Shown here piece by piece: positions 32,455 through 43,654 of a stretch of DNA of 64,000 nucleotides. The stretch is from an uncultured Candidatus Rokubacteria bacterium (GTDB taxonomy: Bacteria > Methylomirabilota > Methylomirabilia > Rokubacteriales > CSP1-6): positions 608,001-672,000 of the forward strand of contig CAWBMV010000034.1 of the NCBI GenBank assembly GCA_963789955.1, read 5' to 3'. Below the pieces are notes generated by a model. The model searched no databases. It was given only the letters and a program-made list of their open reading frames with translations, and was not told the origin of the DNA. Both the position numbers and the translations under genes were made by a program. Numbering within the stretch: the first letter of the stretch is position 1; each line of letters begins with the position of its first letter.

Positions 32455-33447
32455 ATGCTTGAGTTGCAACTGCCCACCCGTCACGATTGGACTGTCCAGG
32501 ACAAGACTTACGGCAAGCTGTCGATCGAGCCTTTCGAGGCCGGCTTCGCCCTGACCGTCGGTATCGCGTATCGCCGGGCGCTTCTTTCGGCGATCCACGG
32601 CGCCGCGCCGACCTGGGTCAAGATCGAAAACGTCCTGCACGAGTTCTCGCATCTGCCGGGTGTGATGGAAGACACGCTCGACATCATGATGAATCTCCGC
32701 AAGGTCGTGTTCACCTTGCACGTGAACCGGCCCAAGATCCTCCGGCTCCGCGCTCAGGGCAGCGCGGTCGCCAAGGCCAGCGACTTCGAGACCGACGCGG
32801 ACATCGAGGTCCTCACGCCCGACGTGGTCCTGGCGACCCTCGACAAGGACGGGGTCTTCGAGATGGAGGTCTGCGTCGAGCGCGGCCGCGGCTACGTGTC
32901 GGCCGAGAAGCGCGAGCCCGAGGCCCTGCCGATCAACGCGATCCTCCTGGACGCCGACTTCTCGCCGGTCAAGCGGGTGAACTTCCACGTCGAGCCCGTG
33001 ACCGAGGGCCGCGAGCGGCTGGTGCTCGAGGTGTGGACCGACGGCAGCGTCAGTCCGGCGACCGCGGTCGGCGAGGCGTCGCGGATTCTCGAGGACCACT
33101 TCGATCTGCTCATGGACTTCCCGGAGGTCTCGCCGCAGGAAGAGGCCGCCGAGCGCGACGAGGCGCGGCCGCGCACCGAGCTGAACGAGAACCTGTTCCG
33201 CAACGTCGACGAGCTGGAGCTGTCGGTCCGCGCGTCGAACTGCCTCAAGACCGCGAACATCCGGACCATCGCCGACCTCGTGCAGAAGACGGAAGCCGAG
33301 CTCCTGAAGACCAAGAACTTCGGCAAGAAGTCGCTGAACGAGATCAAGACGATCCTGGGCGAGATGAGCCTGTCACTCGGCATGCGCCTGGATCCGGAGG
33401 AGCTGGAGCGCCTGCGCTCCCAGTACGAACGCGCCTACGAAGCCTAG
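32455..33447 (+). CDS. rpoA: DNA-directed RNA polymerase subunit alpha (orphan, divergent copy)
   Basis: [60 protein letters not shown] -10 at 32392 and AGGGGG SD. Confidence 0.93.
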   Translation: MLELQLPTRHDWTVQDKTYGKLSIEPFEAGFALTVGIAYRRALLSAIHGAAPTWVKIENVLHEFSHLPGVMEDTLDIMMNLRKVVFTLHVNRPKILRLRAQGSAVAKASDFETDADIEVLTPDVVLATLDKDGVFEMEVCVERGRGYVSAEKREPEALPINAILLDADFSPVKRVNFHVEPVTEGRERLVLEVWTDGSVSPATAVGEASRILEDHFDLLMDFPEVSPQEEAAERDEARPRTELNENLFRNVDELELSVRASNCLKTANIRTIADLVQKTEAELLKTKNFGKKSLNEIKTILGEMSLSLGMRLDPEELERLRSQYERAYEA

Positions 33448-33451
33448 GGCG

Positions 33452-33580
33452 GGCAGGTCGCTGAAAATGGCCCGGCTGCTTCGTTGGCGCCCTCGGCTAC
33501 ACGCTCAACGTACAGCGAGTACGCCTCGCGTGTAGCCTTCGGGCGCCGCCTCGCATCCGAACCTTTTTGAGCGACCTGCC
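33452..33580. repeat. About 130 bp nested palindromic REP/MITE-like element
   Basis: GGCAGGTCGCTGAAAA...TTTTGAGCGACCTGCC outer arms; GGCGCCC..GGCTACACGC / GCGTGTAGCC..GGGCGCC inner arms. Confidence 0.75.
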
Positions 33581-33657
33581 GGCGTTGCCGGTCCGACTCG
33601 AAGAAGATCTAGCCCGACCGGAAAGCAACTGCACTCGCTCGGTGCGGGCTTCGCTTG

Positions 33658-34893
33658 CTAGCGGGAGAGGCGGGTTTTGATGCGGTCGACGGCTTCTTCG
33701 GTTGAGGCGCGGGCGCCGAAGGCGGTGAGGCGGAAGTAGCCCTCGCCGCTCGGGCCGAAGCCGGCGCCGGGGGTGCCGACGACGTGGGCCTCGTTCAGGA
33801 GCTTGTCGAAGAAGTCCCAGGACGATAGACCGCCCGGGGTCTTGACCCAGATGTACGGGGCGTTGCGCGCACCGTAGACCGTGAGTCCCGCCGACTCGAG
33901 TCCTTCCCGAATGATCCGCGCGTTCTCCATGTAGTAGTCGACGAGCGCGGTGACCTGCTTCTTGCCCTCGGCCGTGTAGGTCGCGGCGGCGGCGCGCTGG
34001 ATGACGTAGGCCACCCCGTTGAACTTGGTGGACTGGCGGCGGACCCAGAGCGAGTTGATGCTCACCGTCTCGCCCGAGGCCGAGCGGCCCTGCAGCTCCT
34101 TCGGTACGACGGTGTAGGCGCAGCGCGTGCCCGTGAAGCCCGCGGTCTTCGAGAAGGAGCGGAACTCGATCGCGACCTCGCGCGCGCCCTCGATCTCGTA
34201 GATCGAGTGCGGGATCGCCGGGTCGCGGATGTAGGCCTCGTACGCCGCGTCGTAGAGGATGACGGCGCTCCGCTCGCGCGCGAAGTCGACCCAGGTCTTC
34301 AGCGCCGCGCGCGTCAGCACCGCGCCGGTCGGATTGTTCGGGTAGCAGAGGTAGATCAGATCGACCGGCCGGTCCGGGATGCGCGGCTGGAAATTGTTCT
34401 CGGCCGTGCACGGCAGGTACACGATCCGATCGTAGCGACCGCTCGCGTCCGCGTTCCCGGCGCGTCCGCCCATCACGGTGACGTCGAGGTACGCGGGGTA
34501 TACCGGGTCGCTGAGCGCCACGACACAGTCCGGCCCGAAGATCTCCTGGATGTTGCCCGTGTCGCTCTTGGCGCCGTCGCTCACGACGATCTCGTCGGCG
34601 GTGAGCTTGATGCCGCGCTCGCCGTAGTCGTGACGGATGATCTCGTTGACGAGGAAGTCCCAGCCGGTCTCGGGCGGATAGCCGCGGAACGTTTCCGGCC
34701 GCGCCATCTCGTCGACGGCCTCGTGCATCGCGCGGATCACCGCGTCGGGCAGCGGCCGCGTCACGTCACCGATCCCCAGGCGGATGAGCTTCGCGTCGGG
34801 GTGCGCCGCCTGATATTCACGCGTGCGCCGGCCGGTCTCGCTGAAGAGATAGCTGGCGCGCAGCTTCAAGTAGTGGTCGTTTATCCGGGTCAT
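33658..34893 (-). CDS. dapL: LL-diaminopimelate aminotransferase
   Basis: [57 protein letters not shown]. Confidence 0.95.
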   Translation of the reverse strand: MTRINDHYLKLRASYLFSETGRRTREYQAAHPDAKLIRLGIGDVTRPLPDAVIRAMHEAVDEMARPETFRGYPPETGWDFLVNEIIRHDYGERGIKLTADEIVVSDGAKSDTGNIQEIFGPDCVVALSDPVYPAYLDVTVMGGRAGNADASGRYDRIVYLPCTAENNFQPRIPDRPVDLIYLCYPNNPTGAVLTRAALKTWVDFARERSAVILYDAAYEAYIRDPAIPHSIYEIEGAREVAIEFRSFSKTAGFTGTRCAYTVVPKELQGRSASGETVSINSLWVRRQSTKFNGVAYVIQRAAAATYTAEGKKQVTALVDYYMENARIIREGLESAGLTVYGARNAPYIWVKTPGGLSSWDFFDKLLNEAHVVGTPGAGFGPSGEGYFRLTAFGARASTEEAVDRIKTRLSR

Positions 34894-34904
34894 GACGCAC
34901 GATT

Positions 34905-37178
34905 CTAGCAGATCGGTTCGGGGTCGAGGCAGACGCGGTCGATCCGTCCCGAAGCCCACCGTGTGACGGTCAAGGTGGCGCCGTCGGTCTCGAAGATGAG
35001 CGCGCCGTCACGATCGGTCCGATAGATCTGAGCGCCGGCCTCGGAGAGTCGCGCCACGACGCCGGCATCGGGATGTCCGTACGCGTTACGCGCTCCGACC
35101 GAGATCGCCGCGAGCCTCGGGCCGACCGTGCGCAGGAACTCGGAGCTCGTCGAAGAGCGCGAGCCGTGATGGGCGACCTTGAGGACCATCGAATCCAGGC
35201 GCGCCCCCGCGGCGGTCAACTCGCGCTCACGCGGGATGCCGATATCGGAGGTGAGCAGGAACGAGGCGAGCCCCATGTCGATTCGCAGCACCAGCGCGGC
35301 TTCGTTGCGCCGCCAACCGTTCACCGCGGTGGAGGGGAGCGCCGCGAGCTCAGCGCCACCGAAACGCCGCGTCGTCGGAGGATTCGCCGCGGTCCACTCC
35401 TCGTCGATCGCGAAGAGGCGCCGGACCGCGCCCGCGCCGCCGGCGTGATCGCTATCATCGTGGGTGACGGCGAGGCCGGCCAGTCGCAGAATGCCGCGAT
35501 TCCAGAGGAACGGAGCGACCACACGCTCGCCGGCGTCCAGACGCATCGGGCCGCCTGATCCCGCGTCGATGAGCAGGGCACGGCCGTCGGGCGTCTCGAC
35601 GACGATCGCGTCGCCCTGGCCCACGTCGAGGATGGTGAGCCGCAGCAGACCGTCGGCCGGCCGCACGAGCGGCCACGCCGCGACGCCGACCGCCAGAGCG
35701 AGAAGCGCGGCTCCGAGAAGGAGCCATGCACGCGCGCTGCTCACCTCGCGATCTCGGCCGACGCGCCAGACGAGCAGTGATGCGAGTCCGCCGACGTAGC
35801 ACGTCACGGCGACCCAGCCCGGAGCCGGGAGATAGAGGACCGCACAAGGCACCTTGGCGGCGACCGCGACGAGCCCGCGCAACGCCAGCAGGACGGGCCA
35901 GACGGCGTCGAACGCCACCGCCGCGACGCTGTCGCTGAGAAACGACAGGCCGACGGCCACGAGCCCGCCGACCGTGGCGACCCCGGCGAGGGGAACGACG
36001 CCGAGATTCGCGATCAGGCCGATCGTCGAAAGCTGATTGAAGTGGGTCAAGGAGATCGGTAGCACCGCCAGCTGGGCGGCCGCGCTCACGGCGAGCGCGC
36101 CGAGGACCAGTCCGCGCGGCAACGGGGCGATGACGATGCCGAGCGTGGCGGCGAACGAGAGCTGAAAGCCCGGGTCGAAGAGGTCGCTCGGCCGAGCTGC
36201 GAGGATCACGAGCGCTGCCAGCGCCAGGCTGTTGGTCACGGACGCGTCGCGATCCAGGAGCGACGCCACCAGCACGAGCACGGCCATGACGACGGCGCGG
36301 AGCACGGAAGGCTCCGGCCCGACGACCAGCGCGAACCCGATCACCACGATGATGGCCGTGACGGCCGAAGCTCGGTGGGGCAGGCGCAGAAGCCGACAGA
36401 GCGCCCAGACCGACGCCGCCAGGATTCCCACGTTGAAGCCGGATACGGCCAGGACGTGGTAGACGCCGGCCCGGCGGAAGGCGTCGTCGACGTCGCGCGG
36501 CAGCTCGGTTCGGTCGCCGAGCAGGAGCCCCGCAAGCAGCGCGGCCGACGTGGGCGGCAGGGCGCGCCCAATGGCCGCGACCGACTCGTGCTTGACCCGC
36601 ACCGGCCACGGCGGCCCCGGATCGTCTAGCGCGGTCACCGAATCGGCGCGCGTCGTGGCCAGGACGAAGATGCCGTCGCGCGCGAGGTGCGCCGCGTAGT
36701 CGTAGGTCCCGGGATTTCGAAAGCCGGCGGCGCGACTCAGCCGCAAAGGGGCGGCCACGCGCTGCCCTTCGGTCAGCGGCGGCAAGACGCCGTAGGCCGT
36801 CACCTGGATGAGACCCACCCGAGGCTCGTCGTCCACGCGTACGGCGTCCAGCAGAAGGCGAGCGCGATCGGGAGCCCACCGCCGTGGCTCTGCAACCAAC
36901 CGCCCCTCGACGCGAAGCGTTTGCGGGAGAGCCAGGCGGCCGACGTGATCGGGCGGAAGCGGCGCGTCACTGCCTCGGAGCGCGCCCACAGCGACGACGC
37001 CGAGCAGCAGCGCCGCCGCGGCCGCGAGCGTTCGAGCGACCGCGAGCGACGCGAGACACGCAACGACGGCGACCAGCCACGCCACCAGGAAGAGCTCGAG
37101 CGCCGCGAGGGAGGCCACGGCAATGCCCCCGGCAAAGGCGACGGCGACGGGAGCAATCGGTGTCCGCTTGAGATTCAC
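34905..37178 (-). CDS. comEC: DNA internalisation competence protein ComEC/Rec2
   Basis: [44 protein letters not shown]. Confidence 0.93.
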   Translation of the reverse strand: MNLKRTPIAPVAVAFAGGIAVASLAALELFLVAWLVAVVACLASLAVARTLAAAAALLLGVVAVGALRGSDAPLPPDHVGRLALPQTLRVEGRLVAEPRRWAPDRARLLLDAVRVDDEPRVGLIQVTAYGVLPPLTEGQRVAAPLRLSRAAGFRNPGTYDYAAHLARDGIFVLATTRADSVTALDDPGPPWPVRVKHESVAAIGRALPPTSAALLAGLLLGDRTELPRDVDDAFRRAGVYHVLAVSGFNVGILAASVWALCRLLRLPHRASAVTAIIVVIGFALVVGPEPSVLRAVVMAVLVLVASLLDRDASVTNSLALAALVILAARPSDLFDPGFQLSFAATLGIVIAPLPRGLVLGALAVSAAAQLAVLPISLTHFNQLSTIGLIANLGVVPLAGVATVGGLVAVGLSFLSDSVAAVAFDAVWPVLLALRGLVAVAAKVPCAVLYLPAPGWVAVTCYVGGLASLLVWRVGRDREVSSARAWLLLGAALLALAVGVAAWPLVRPADGLLRLTILDVGQGDAIVVETPDGRALLIDAGSGGPMRLDAGERVVAPFLWNRGILRLAGLAVTHDDSDHAGGAGAVRRLFAIDEEWTAANPPTTRRFGGAELAALPSTAVNGWRRNEAALVLRIDMGLASFLLTSDIGIPRERELTAAGARLDSMVLKVAHHGSRSSTSSEFLRTVGPRLAAISVGARNAYGHPDAGVVARLSEAGAQIYRTDRDGALIFETDGATLTVTRWASGRIDRVCLDPEPIC

Positions 37179-37657
37179 TTGGCGATCGTGACGAGCGCGC
37201 GAAGCTTCTCGACCTTGCGGACGCTCATGCCTCGAACGCGCCCGAGATCGTCGATCTGCGTGAAGGGGCCCTCCGCGGCCCGGAGGTCGACGATCCGGCG
37301 GGCGAGAGCCGGCCCGACCCCCGGCAACCGTGTGAGCTCGTCCGACGTCGCGCGGTTGAGATCGATCGTGTCGGACGGAACGTCTGTCGGAGCGCTTCGA
37401 GGGCGCGGCGACTCCGATGGCGCCGTGCCGCGGCGCGAGCGTCGAGGCGCCGGCTCGGGCGACGGTGCGGATGACGCTCCTTCCTCCGAGCGCGGCACTG
37501 CCAGACTCGAGGCCGGTGCCGGTGTCCGATCCAGCTGTTCGAGATAGTCGGCGACATCGGGCCTGGCTCGTCGCCAGTGGCCGATCGCGAGCCCGAGGCC
37601 GGCGATCGTGAGCAGGATCAGCAGCACGACGATCTGACGACGCGTGTAGAGGATCAT
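37175..37657 (-). CDS. comEA: ComEA family HhH DNA-binding protein
   Basis: N-terminal TM; IDLNRA..LPGVGPALARRI..GPF..DL.RVRG. Confidence 0.88.
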   Translation of the reverse strand: MILYTRRQIVVLLILLTIAGLGLAIGHWRRARPDVADYLEQLDRTPAPASSLAVPRSEEGASSAPSPEPAPRRSRRGTAPSESPRPRSAPTDVPSDTIDLNRATSDELTRLPGVGPALARRIVDLRAAEGPFTQIDDLGRVRGMSVRKVEKLRALVTIAK

Positions 37658-37781
37658 GAGGCGACGATCCCACGCGCCGTGCCCGCGCGACTAGAGTCGA
37701 AAAATTCTGACGGCGCCGGACCCGGGGCGGCGCGCGACTCCCGCTAGTTCTGGACCGCTGCTGGAACGCGGTGGCGACGGA

Positions 37782-38894
37782 TCAGGGCACGAGCGCCGCC
37801 CGCGTGATGGTGGTCGTGTCCTTGGCGTGCCACTCGGACTCTGCAAACGCCTTGTTGATGTGCTCGAGCGGATACTTGTGCGAGATGAGCCGGTCGAAGG
37901 GAAACCGGGTCCGGTTGCGTACGAGAAAGTCGAGAGCGCGTGGGATGACCCCGGGGTCGTACTGGATCACGCCCACGATCTTCTTCGAGCCCCACACGAG
38001 CAGCGACGGCTCGAGCTCGATCTTTGCCCCGCGGCTGATCGTCCCGATCTCCAGGTAGGTTCCGCCGGAGCGGAGCATCTCGATCCCTTCCGGGATGACC
38101 TGAGGAAATCCGACGAAGTCGCACGCGACGTCGGCGCCCGCGCCGCCCGTCCACTTGCGGACGAGGTTGACGCGCTCGCGGCGGTCGGTGACTTCCTTGA
38201 CGTTGATCGTATGGTCGGCGCCGAACGCGCGCGCCAGGTCGAGGCGTCCCGCGAGCTGATCGACGACGATGACGGTGGCCGCGCCCATGTCCTTGGCGAC
38301 GGCGGCCGCCTGGATCCCGAGCCCTCCCGCGCCCTGGATGACGACGGTTCCTCCGAACGCGAGCCCGGCGCGGTCGAGGCCGAAGATGACCTGGGAGAGC
38401 GCGCAGTTGACCGGCGACACCAGCTCGTCGGGCAGGGCGTCGGGCACGACGAAGATCGCGCCACGGGGGCGCAGGTAGTAGTACTCGGCGAAGGCACCGT
38501 GAAAGTGCGGGAACTGCGATGGACCGGCCGGGCGCTCGATCTTCGCCGGGCAGGCGGCCGGCTCGTTCGCCAGGCACGCGTAGCAGCGCCCGCACGGATA
38601 GAAATACGTGTAGGCGACGCGGTCGCCCTCCTTCAGCGGGCGACCCAGCGAGTCGGTCTTGACTCGCGCGCCGAGCTTGGCGACTCGGCCGGTCATCTCG
38701 TGGCCGAAGATCCAGCCGTCCTCCGGCAGCCGCAGGGGCGCGTCGCCTCGCCAGAAGTGGAGATCGGAGCCGCACACGTTGGCGAGCGAGACGCGGATGA
38801 GGACCGCGTCGGGCTCGACGTCGGGCACCGGCACCTCGCGGATCTCGAACGGCTTGCCCGGACCGAAGAACACCGCCGCCTTGCCGCTGCTCAT
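37782..38894 (-). CDS. Zinc-dependent alcohol dehydrogenase
   Basis: CGSDLH, GHE, CGRCYAC..C, GAGGLG. Confidence 0.9.
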   Translation of the reverse strand: MSSGKAAVFFGPGKPFEIREVPVPDVEPDAVLIRVSLANVCGSDLHFWRGDAPLRLPEDGWIFGHEMTGRVAKLGARVKTDSLGRPLKEGDRVAYTYFYPCGRCYACLANEPAACPAKIERPAGPSQFPHFHGAFAEYYYLRPRGAIFVVPDALPDELVSPVNCALSQVIFGLDRAGLAFGGTVVIQGAGGLGIQAAAVAKDMGAATVIVVDQLAGRLDLARAFGADHTINVKEVTDRRERVNLVRKWTGGAGADVACDFVGFPQVIPEGIEMLRSGGTYLEIGTISRGAKIELEPSLLVWGSKKIVGVIQYDPGVIPRALDFLVRNRTRFPFDRLISHKYPLEHINKAFAESEWHAKDTTTITRAALVP

Positions 38895-40114
38895 TGGCGG
38901 ACTCCTCGGGCGACGTCGAACGCGTCGTGCAGGCTCCGCACCGCCAGCTCCGCGTACTTGTCCTCGATCACGCACGACACCGCGATCTCCGACGTCGAGA
39001 TCATCTGGATGTTGATGCCCTCACGCGCGAGCGTGGCGAACATCGTCGAGGCCACGCCGGAGTGGCTGCGCATCCCGACGCCGACGATGGAGACCTTGGC
39101 GACCCGCTCGTCGTGCACGATGCCGCGCGCGCCGATCTCGCGCACGACCTCCGAGAGATCCTTGACCGCCCGCGCGTGGTCGCCGCGCGGCAGGGTGAAG
39201 GACATGTCGGTGTAGCCGTCCTGGCTGATGTTCTGCACGATCATGTCGACGACGATGTTCTTGGCGGAGATGGCCCCGAAGACCCGCGCGGCGATGCCGG
39301 GCCGGTCGGGCACTCGCAGGATCGAGATCTTCGCCTGGCTCCGGTCGTGCGTCACGCCGGTGACCACCGCCTGTTCCATGCCGGCTTCCTCCTTCGTCAC
39401 GAGCGTGCCCGGATCCGGGCGGAACGTGGAGCGCACGTGGACCGTGACGCCGTACTTCTTGGCGAACTCGACCGAGCGGGTCTGGAGCACCTTGGCGCCG
39501 AGGCTCGCCAGCTCGAGCATCTCGTCGTAGGCGACGCGCGCGAGCTTTCTGGCGTCGGGCACGATGTTCGGATCCGCGGTGTAGACGCCGTCGACGTCGG
39601 TGTAGATCTCGCACACATCCGCCTTCAGCGCCGCCGCCAGCGCGACCGCGGTGAGATCGGAGCCGCCGCGCCCGAGCGTCGTGATCTCGTCCTCGTCCGA
39701 GAGCCCCTGGAATCCGGCGACGACCGCGATCTCGCCGGTGTCGAGCGCGCGCCGCACGCGATCGGCGTCGATCTGCGTGATGCGGGCCTGCGTGTGCGCG
39801 TGATCGGTTCGCATGCCGATCTGCGGACCCGTGAAGGACTTCGCCTTGAGGCCGAGCGACTGGAGCGCCATGGACAGGAGCGCGATCGTCACTTGCTCGC
39901 CGGTCGACAGCAGCATGTCCATCTCGCGCAGGTCGGGCGTCGTCGAGATCTGTCGGGCGAGCGAGAGGAGGCCGTCCGTGGTCTTGCCCATGGCCGAGAC
40001 GACGACGACCAGCTGATTGCCCGGCGCGCTGGCGGCGACTCGCCGCGCGACGTTCATGATCTTGTCGGCGTCGGCGACCGACGATCCCCCGAACTTCTGG
40101 ACGAGCACCGCCAT
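38891..40114 (-). CDS. lysC: Aspartate kinase
   Basis: [25 protein letters not shown], two ACT domains. Confidence 0.96.
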   Translation of the reverse strand: MAVLVQKFGGSSVADADKIMNVARRVAASAPGNQLVVVVSAMGKTTDGLLSLARQISTTPDLREMDMLLSTGEQVTIALLSMALQSLGLKAKSFTGPQIGMRTDHAHTQARITQIDADRVRRALDTGEIAVVAGFQGLSDEDEITTLGRGGSDLTAVALAAALKADVCEIYTDVDGVYTADPNIVPDARKLARVAYDEMLELASLGAKVLQTRSVEFAKKYGVTVHVRSTFRPDPGTLVTKEEAGMEQAVVTGVTHDRSQAKISILRVPDRPGIAARVFGAISAKNIVVDMIVQNISQDGYTDMSFTLPRGDHARAVKDLSEVVREIGARGIVHDERVAKVSIVGVGMRSHSGVASTMFATLAREGINIQMISTSEIAVSCVIEDKYAELAVRSLHDAFDVARGVRQ

Positions 40115-40223
40115 GGCTGGCGAGAGCCTACACGACGCCCGCGCCGACCGCAAAGATGGAGGGCGTCGCGGCCCGAGAGCGACACGTCGATCGCGACGCA
40201 CGCGCGCGGAATGCCGCATGCCT

Positions 40224-41243
40224 CTAGCCGGCCGGCGCCGGGTTCGTCGCCCGGCCGCGCGTGGGCGGCCTCACCGAGACTCACGTTCTCGCGCAGACAG
40301 GTAGAGCCAGCCGAGCAGGGTGATCGGCAGGATCTGAGTGGCGTGAAACAGCAGCGCGTAGCCGAACCCGGTCGAGCGCGAAACGCCGAAGAGTCCCACG
40401 GCGAGCACGGCTGCCCCGTGGAAGGTGCCGACGTAGCCCGGAGTGGACGGGAGCGAGACGCCGAGCCCGACGAAGGCGAGCACCGCCCAGGGCGCGGCGA
40501 AGGGAGGTGCAAGTCCAGCGCCAGCAGTACGGTCCACGCCGCGAACGCGGGCGCGAGCCAGACCGCGATCGTCCAGACGATCAGCGGGAACGCGTGCGAC
40601 GGGGTGCGGATCCCGTCGAGGCCGCGCACGAACGTCTCGAGCGTGGTGAGCGCCCGTCGCTGCAGCCTGGGCCAGCGGCTGGCGAGGCGCGCGATGAGCC
40701 GCGGCAGCACCGGCGGGCGCAACGACGAGGGCGATCAGGACTCGCGACGCCGGCCAGATCGATCGCGAGGATGGCCACCGCCCCGACCTCGATGATGCGC
40801 GGCACCGGAATGACGAGCACCAGCACCGCCAGGATGAGCACGACGACCAGGCCGTCCAGGACCCGCTCGACGACGAGCGTGGCGAGCGTCGTCCAGAACG
40901 GATGCAGGCGCGCCGCGCTTGCGTCGGCCGCGCTCCAACGCCGGGCGACCACGTAGACACGCGCGACCTCGCCCGCGCGGGCTGGGACCACGTTGTTGAC
41001 CATGTAGCCGATCATCATGGCGGGCGTGAGGCCAGGCGGGTTCGAGCCCGGCGGAAAGAGATACCACCAGCGTCGCCCGCGCACCCAGATCTGGAGCGGC
41101 GCCATGACGACCGCGACCAGCATCCAGCCCCAGTGGGCGTCGCGCAGCTGACGACCGAGCTGGGCGAGATCGACGCTCCAGAAGAGATAGACGAGTAGGG
41201 CGACACTGATCGCGACGCCGAGCGCGATGTGGAGCCGGTTCAG
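40224..41243 (-). CDS. Lysylphosphatidylglycerol-synthase TM (flippase-like) membrane protein (frameshifted, ends approximate)
   Basis: [35 protein letters not shown]. Confidence 0.8.
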
Positions 41244-42298
41244 AGGCCGAGCTGCGCCAGGACGGCGTCGACTCGCGGCGGCACCGTGGTCGGGCGCGAC
41301 GCGGACTCGAGCGCGGTGTCCGGGTCCTTGAGCCCGTGGCCGGTGAGCGTCAAGACGAGAGTCGAGCCGGGCTCGAAGCGCCCGGCCTTGACGAGCTTGA
41401 TCAAGCCGGCCACCGTCGCCGCCGACGCCGGCTCCATGAAGATGCCCTCTTCGTGGGCCAGCAGGCGATAGGCGCGCAGAATCTCTTCGTCGGTGACGAT
41501 GTCGATCCAGCCGCGTGAATCTTTCATCGCCTCCAGCGCCGGGCCCCACGAGGCCGGGTTGCCGATCTTGATCGCGGTCGCGACCGTCCGCGGCTCCTCG
41601 ATCACCCGGTTCTCGTAGATCGGCGCGGCGCCGGCCGCCTGGAAGCCGACCATTCGCGGGAGCTCCTTCACGCGGCCGGCCCGGTGATACTCGCGGTAGC
41701 CGCGCCAGTACGCGGTGATGTTGCCCGCGTTGCCGACGGGAATCAGGTGATAGTCCGGCGCGCGTCCGAGCTGATCGCAGACCTCGAACGCCCCGGTCTT
41801 TTGCCCCTCGAGCCGGAACGGATTCACCGAGTTCACGAGCGTGACGGGATACCGCTCGGCGATCTGCCGGACGATCGTCAGCGCCTGGTCGAAGTTGCCG
41901 TCGACCATGAGGACCTTGGCGCCGTGGATGGCGGCCTGCGAGAGCTTGCCGAGCGCGACCGAGCCCTTCGGCACCATGACGAACGCGCGGATGCCGGCGC
42001 GCGCGGCGAACGCGGCGGCCGAGGCCGACGTGTTGCCGGTCGAGGCGCAGATGACGGCGCGCGAGCCCGCCTCGAGCGCCTTCGACATCGCCACGGTCAT
42101 CCCGCGGTCTTTGAACGAGCCCGTCGGATTGAATCCCTCGCACTTCAGATAGATCTGCATGCGCGCGTCGGTCGCCTCGGCGAGCCGCGGCGCCGGAACG
42201 AGCGGCGTGTTGCCCTCGTGGAGCGTCACGATCGGGGTCTTGTCCGAGACCGGGAGGAAGTCCCGGTATTCCTCGATCACGCCGCGCCAGGCCTTCAC
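41240..42298 (-). CDS. thrC: Threonine synthase
   Basis: EGNTP, NPTGSFKDRG, CASTGNTSAS, PVGNAGN, TGHGLKDP. Confidence 0.96.
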   Translation of the reverse strand: MKAWRGVIEEYRDFLPVSDKTPIVTLHEGNTPLVPAPRLAEATDARMQIYLKCEGFNPTGSFKDRGMTVAMSKALEAGSRAVICASTGNTSASAAAFAARAGIRAFVMVPKGSVALGKLSQAAIHGAKVLMVDGNFDQALTIVRQIAERYPVTLVNSVNPFRLEGQKTGAFEVCDQLGRAPDYHLIPVGNAGNITAYWRGYREYHRAGRVKELPRMVGFQAAGAAPIYENRVIEEPRTVATAIKIGNPASWGPALEAMKDSRGWIDIVTDEEILRAYRLLAHEEGIFMEPASAATVAGLIKLVKAGRFEPGSTLVLTLTGHGLKDPDTALESASRPTTVPPRVDAVLAQLGL

Positions 42299-43633
42299 GC
42301 CGGACTGCCCTCGACCCGGATCATGGTCGTGGCCGCGGCCACGTCACGCAGCCGGTCGATCTTCGCCAGCGCCGCCCGCATGTCGCGCTCGCGCGCCTCG
42401 TGGGTCAGCATGACCACCGGCACCGCCTCGCGGACCCCACGGCCCTTCTGGATGACGTTGGCGATCGAGATGTCGTTCTCACCCAGGATGCCCGCGACCT
42501 TCGACAGGACGCCCGGCCGATCCTGAGCGGTCACGCGCAGGTAGTAGCGGCAGCGGATCGCCTCCATCGGCGTGAGCGGCAGCGGCGTGGGTCCGACCGA
42601 CGGCAGCTCGATCGCGAGCGACGGGATGCCGTGGGCGATCCGTCGCGCGATTTCGATGACGTCCGACAGCACCGCCGAGGCCGTCGGCATCTGACCGGCG
42701 CCTCGGCCGTAGAACATCAGATCGCCGACCGCGTCGCCGGTCAGGAAGATGCCGTTGAACACGCCGGACACCGCGGCCAGCGGCGAGGCGGCCGGAATCA
42801 TCGTCGGATGGACGCGGACTTCGACGCCGCCGGCGCCACCCGGCGCGTCGGGCGCCGTCGCCTTCGCGATCGCCAGGAGCTTGATCCGATAGCCAAGCTC
42901 TCGCGCATAGTCGATGTCCTGGGCCGTGACCCGCGAGATCCCTTCGGTATGGATATGCTTGAGATCGACGAAGGTCCGAAAGGCCAGCGCCACGAGGATC
43001 TGCAGCTTGTGGGCCGAGTCCATGCCCTCGATGTCGAGCGTCGGGTCGGCCTCGGCGTAGCCGTGAGCCTGCGCTTCCTTGAGGACCAGCGAGAAGTCCA
43101 GACCCTCGTCGGTCATCTTGCTCAGGATGTAGTTGCAGGTGCCGTTGACGATACCGGCCAGCGACAGCACCTGGTTGGCCACCAGACCGTCCTTGACGGC
43201 GCGGATCAGCGGGATGCCGCCGGCCACCGCCGCCTCGAAGCCGAGCGCGACGCCGGCGCGCCGCGCCTCTTCGTACGAGCTCGACGCCGTGGTGCGCGAG
43301 GAGCGCCTTGTTGGCGGTGACCACGTGCTTGCCGGCGGCGAGCGCCCGCGAGATGAACGAGCGCGCGGGCTCGAGGCCTCCCACGAGCTCGATCACGACG
43401 TTGATCGACGGGTCGGCGAGCACGCGGGCGGCGTCACCCGTCAGCGGCAGGGACTTGAGGTCGAGGCCTTCACGCGGGCGGGTGAGGTCGGTATCGGCGA
43501 CGGCGGCCAGGATGAGGCGCGCGCCCGCCCGCTCTTCGAGCATCTGGCGTCGGCTCTGGAGGATCTTCGCGACCCCGGCGCCGACGGTGCCGAGCCCCAG
43601 CAGACCGATGCGTACTTCGCGCGCAGCGCTCAC
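42295..43633 (-). CDS. hom: Homoserine dehydrogenase with ACT domain (frameshift near 43275)
   Basis: GLGTVG, VVTANKA, AGGIP, NGTCNYIL, GYAEADP. Confidence 0.95.
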
Positions 43634-43654
43634 GATTGATCTCCGCCGGTCAGG

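Noticed and set aside
37658..37781. Possible operator or ncRNA between comEA and the dehydrogenase
   Set aside because: Only a weak GTC..GAC palindrome; not distinguishable from chance
40115..40223. Lysine riboswitch upstream of lysC
   Set aside because: Too short, no recognisable L-box motifs; a TAGGCT -10-like box lies 10 nt before the start
41030..41055. GGTTCGAGCCC as a tRNA T-loop
   Set aside because: Inside a coding region with no cloverleaf context
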